A stretch of DNA of 64,000 nt from Chiloscyllium plagiosum (Eukaryota). Position numbers and translations under genes: made by a program. The notes under the pieces are model-generated. The model saw nothing but the letters and a program-made list of their open reading frames with translations. It searched no databases and was not told the origin of the DNA. The stretch spans positions 17,444,037-17,508,036 of the forward strand of contig NC_057720.1 in assembly GCF_004010195.1 (NCBI RefSeq), given 5' to 3'. Within the stretch, counting starts at the first letter, position 1. Each line of letters starts with the position of its first letter. Shown one piece after another: positions 61,128 through 64,000 of the stretch.

Positions 61128-61650
61128 AGATATCGGAAGGATGTTGTGGAACCTGAAAGGTTTCAGAAAAGATTTACAAGGATGTCGCAAGGGTTGGAGG
61201 ATTTGAGCTTTAGGGAGAGGCTGAACAGGCTGGGGCTGTTTTCCCTGGAGCGTCAGAGGCTGAGGGGTGACCTTAAGGAGGTTTATAAAATCATGAGGGG
61301 CATGGATAGGATAAATAGACAAGGTCTTTTCCCTGGGCGGTGGAGTCCAGAACTAGAGGGCATAAGTTTAGGGTGAGAGGGGAAAGATATAAAAGAGACC
61401 TAAGGGGCAATGTTTTCATGCAGAGGGTGGTGCGTGTGTGGAATGGGCTGCCAAAGGAAGTGGCAGAGGCTCATACAAATGCAACATTTAAAAGGTATTT
61501 GGATGGATATACGAATAGGAAGGGTTTGGAGGAATATGGGCTGGGTGCTGGCAGGTGTGACTAGATTGGGTAGGGATATCTGGTTGGCATGGACGGGTTG
61601 TACCGAAAGGTCTGTTTCTGTGCTGTACATCTCTATGACTCTATGACTAA
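61128..61650 (+). mobile_element. CR1 3' fragment
   Basis: RLNRLGLFSLERQRLRGDLKEVYKIM; tail of ctctatga repeats. Confidence 0.9.
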
Positions 61651-61895
61651 ATGATGTTCCAAAGAAGAATTGTATCAGACTTGAAACATTAACTCTGTTT
61701 CTCTTTCTACTAATGCTGCCAGATTTGTTGAGTTGCTCAAGCAATTTTGATTTCCACTGTAGAAACTATGGGATATTTTAGAACTGAAACAATTTTGCAC
61801 TGCACAGTTTTCTGATAGATTTTACTGATCAACCTTCCTTCTGCTAATTTTCTAATATCTGCATATCACAATGTTGTCTTTTACTTTTTGCACAG

Positions 61896-62024
61896 GGTAC
61901 AAAAAGTGTGTTTTGATTGGCCATGATTGGGGTGGATTAATTGCTTGGTGTTCTGCTATCTATTATCCTGAGATGATAAGTAAGATTGTAATATTGAACT
62001 GCCCACATCCCACAGTTTTTTATG
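61896..62024 (+). CDS. EPHX4: EPHX4 exon 4 (catalytic nucleophile elbow)
   Basis: Acceptor cacAG. Encodes (G)YKKCVLIGHDWGGLIAWCSAIYYPEMISKIVILNCPHPTVFY, with the GHDWGG nucleophile Asp motif. Donor GTaagt at 62025. Confidence 0.95.
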
Positions 62025-64000
62025 GTAAGTTGCAATTTATTCCACTTGATGTTTTTTTGCTTAGTGATCAAGGATTGATATCCATGAACCCCTGGTGAGT
62101 GAATGAATTCATCCAATGAGTAGTTGAACCTCAGAGTCCAAGGTCTAATCTGCTGCCAGTACAGTGTTGGCTGGTCTCCTAGGAGGAAGGTGTTTGGGGC
62201 ACTTCATTTGGCCTCAGCATCTCTCAGTTAGGGATGAGAAATGGTCATCCAGTGAAACTTGGTTGAAAGGAAGACAAGATGAAGCTCACTTGTAATGCCC
62301 CTTAAAATCAAATATGTCACCATGAGGAATGGGAATTTGGGAAGAGTACTTATGTCCACAAAATTTCTAATGGAATGATACCTCAGTGAGGAATTTAGGA
62401 GACCTCTGGGGAGAAAACTGTTGAGAAAAGAACAAAAGTATATACATACATTTTACACACATATATGAATGTGTGTATATATTCGACAGGTTTAAGAGCA
62501 GTGCTTAAGTTTTGAGGCTACTCATAAAAAGGCAATGTATCATTTTGGGATGCTCAGGTGTTTCTCCACAAAACAGTCCCATTGCCAACACATTTAGCCA
62601 GTTTATCAATGTATCATCATCCCATTGTTTGTCTCCCCTACACATCCCCCTTCAATTTTCCTTCCTTTCTCCTGATCTCAGTCTCCACGTGAGAATTAGA
62701 AAATTTTCCATCCTTTGTAACCAGTGACCTACAGCAAGGTGCTGCATTAATAGTTTCCATCCTCAGCAGCTCATCTGAAAAGGAGATACTGTTATCAGAA
62801 ATACTTAGCAATGAAGCTGGAGGGATATGCATAAGCAAAATGCAATTTGCCACATTTTACTGTTACAGAAATAACATTGAATCACCTTTGTTCCTTATCA
62901 GGAGAGGTTTATTTTCCTGAACTATTTCACTGCTGCTGCAAAATAAAAAGAAATTATTCCAAATCTGGTTTTAACTGTCAAGGGCAAATATAATAGCACC
63001 ATGGCAACATACTTGCAGTATGCATGTTATAGAAAACCTATTTTTGCTGCTGTCAAACAGCATCAGGTTTATATGTCTGCTTTTGAGATTAAATCAGTGT
63101 CATAAATGAATTCACGATCTGTCCTCTGTTGTTTGCATGGTAGAAATCTCTCAAGATGACAGATCCCCATGGTGAGAAGCTGTTTTGTTTTGTTGCTCAT
63201 GTGCTGTAGGAATGAGAGTTTATCAGCATCTAATTAAGTGTTTCATTTAGTGGAAAAGTCCCCACTAAGAAATGGACACAACCAAGGCTGCAACACAAAA
63301 ACTGTCAAGATATAAAACAAGAAGGAATAATTACATAGTCATCAGAAGCTTAATCTCCTCTTACATGCACTCTCAGTGCTTTCTCATCCACCTGTTTATT
63401 TTAAATGGGTTCAAATTGTGTTAAAAGAGCACAGATGGAAATGTAATTCCAATCTATTAATGAGTGCATCTTTGAAATTAATGGATGGTTGCACAATATA
63501 GGTTCCTCCTGATTCATTTAGTTAAATCTAATTGAATGGTGAATTCATTGTTAATTTTTCTGAGTCAAAGTTAGGTTATTGATTGATTTCCTAATGATGG
63601 CAGTTCTAATGTGGCATTAAGCAGTGGAACCCCCTCCATCGATCTTTTGCTGTTCATTATTTATTAAGCACCTCAGTGAAGATGTTGTAAGCAGATTTCT
63701 TAGTTTTGTTCTGACATGGATTTGCATGTGAAAGCAGCATTTCAAATCATGAAAAAAAAATGAAAAGCTGGCAATGCAAGTTTGGGAAATTCATTATTAC
63801 CAGAGAATATATCATGCTAAATGAAGCCTAACGCAGTGACTCCTGATTCAGCACACAGTAAAACAACCTAATAATGGTGCAGGAGGGAAACAGCGCTGAC
63901 GTTAATCTGCCATTATTGATGAAATGAGTCCCAGACTATGAAGAGAAACAAGGGAGGAAATAGTAGAGGTTTGGCCATCATATTCCAATACTCTGGCTGG

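Noticed and set aside
62025..64000. Searched for EPHX4 exon 5
   Set aside because: No recognisable exon; it probably lies beyond the window.
1..64000. CRISPR arrays or prokaryotic operons
   Set aside because: Eukaryotic intron-exon DNA with no regularly spaced repeat-spacer array.

Overview
Vertebrate genomic DNA, most likely from a shark (cartilaginous fish), judged from HE1-type SINEs and shark-type CR1 LINEs. Two + strand protein-coding genes are present. The first is the last two coding exons and 3' UTR of a BET bromodomain gene with the P-TEFb-binding C-terminal motif, most likely BRDT. The second, after an intergenic stretch, is the promoter and exons 1-4 of epoxide hydrolase 4 (EPHX4); that gene continues past the window end. 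All six exons have GT/AG boundaries with consistent phases. The rest is mostly transposon-derived: CR1 LINEs (one near full length), SINEs, RTE and Tx1 relics, Harbinger transposase/Myb relics and MITEs, solo LTRs, and a 722-N gap. The most notable pattern is a dispersed family of short (about 60-220 bp) Penelope-derived insertions. They carry a minimal hammerhead-ribozyme core (CTGAnGA-a-GGGC-loop-GCCC-GAAAC-GTC), occur as monomers and as head-to-head inverted dimers, and are flanked by 9-17 bp target-site duplications. All family assignments are by eye from remembered motifs; no searches were run.
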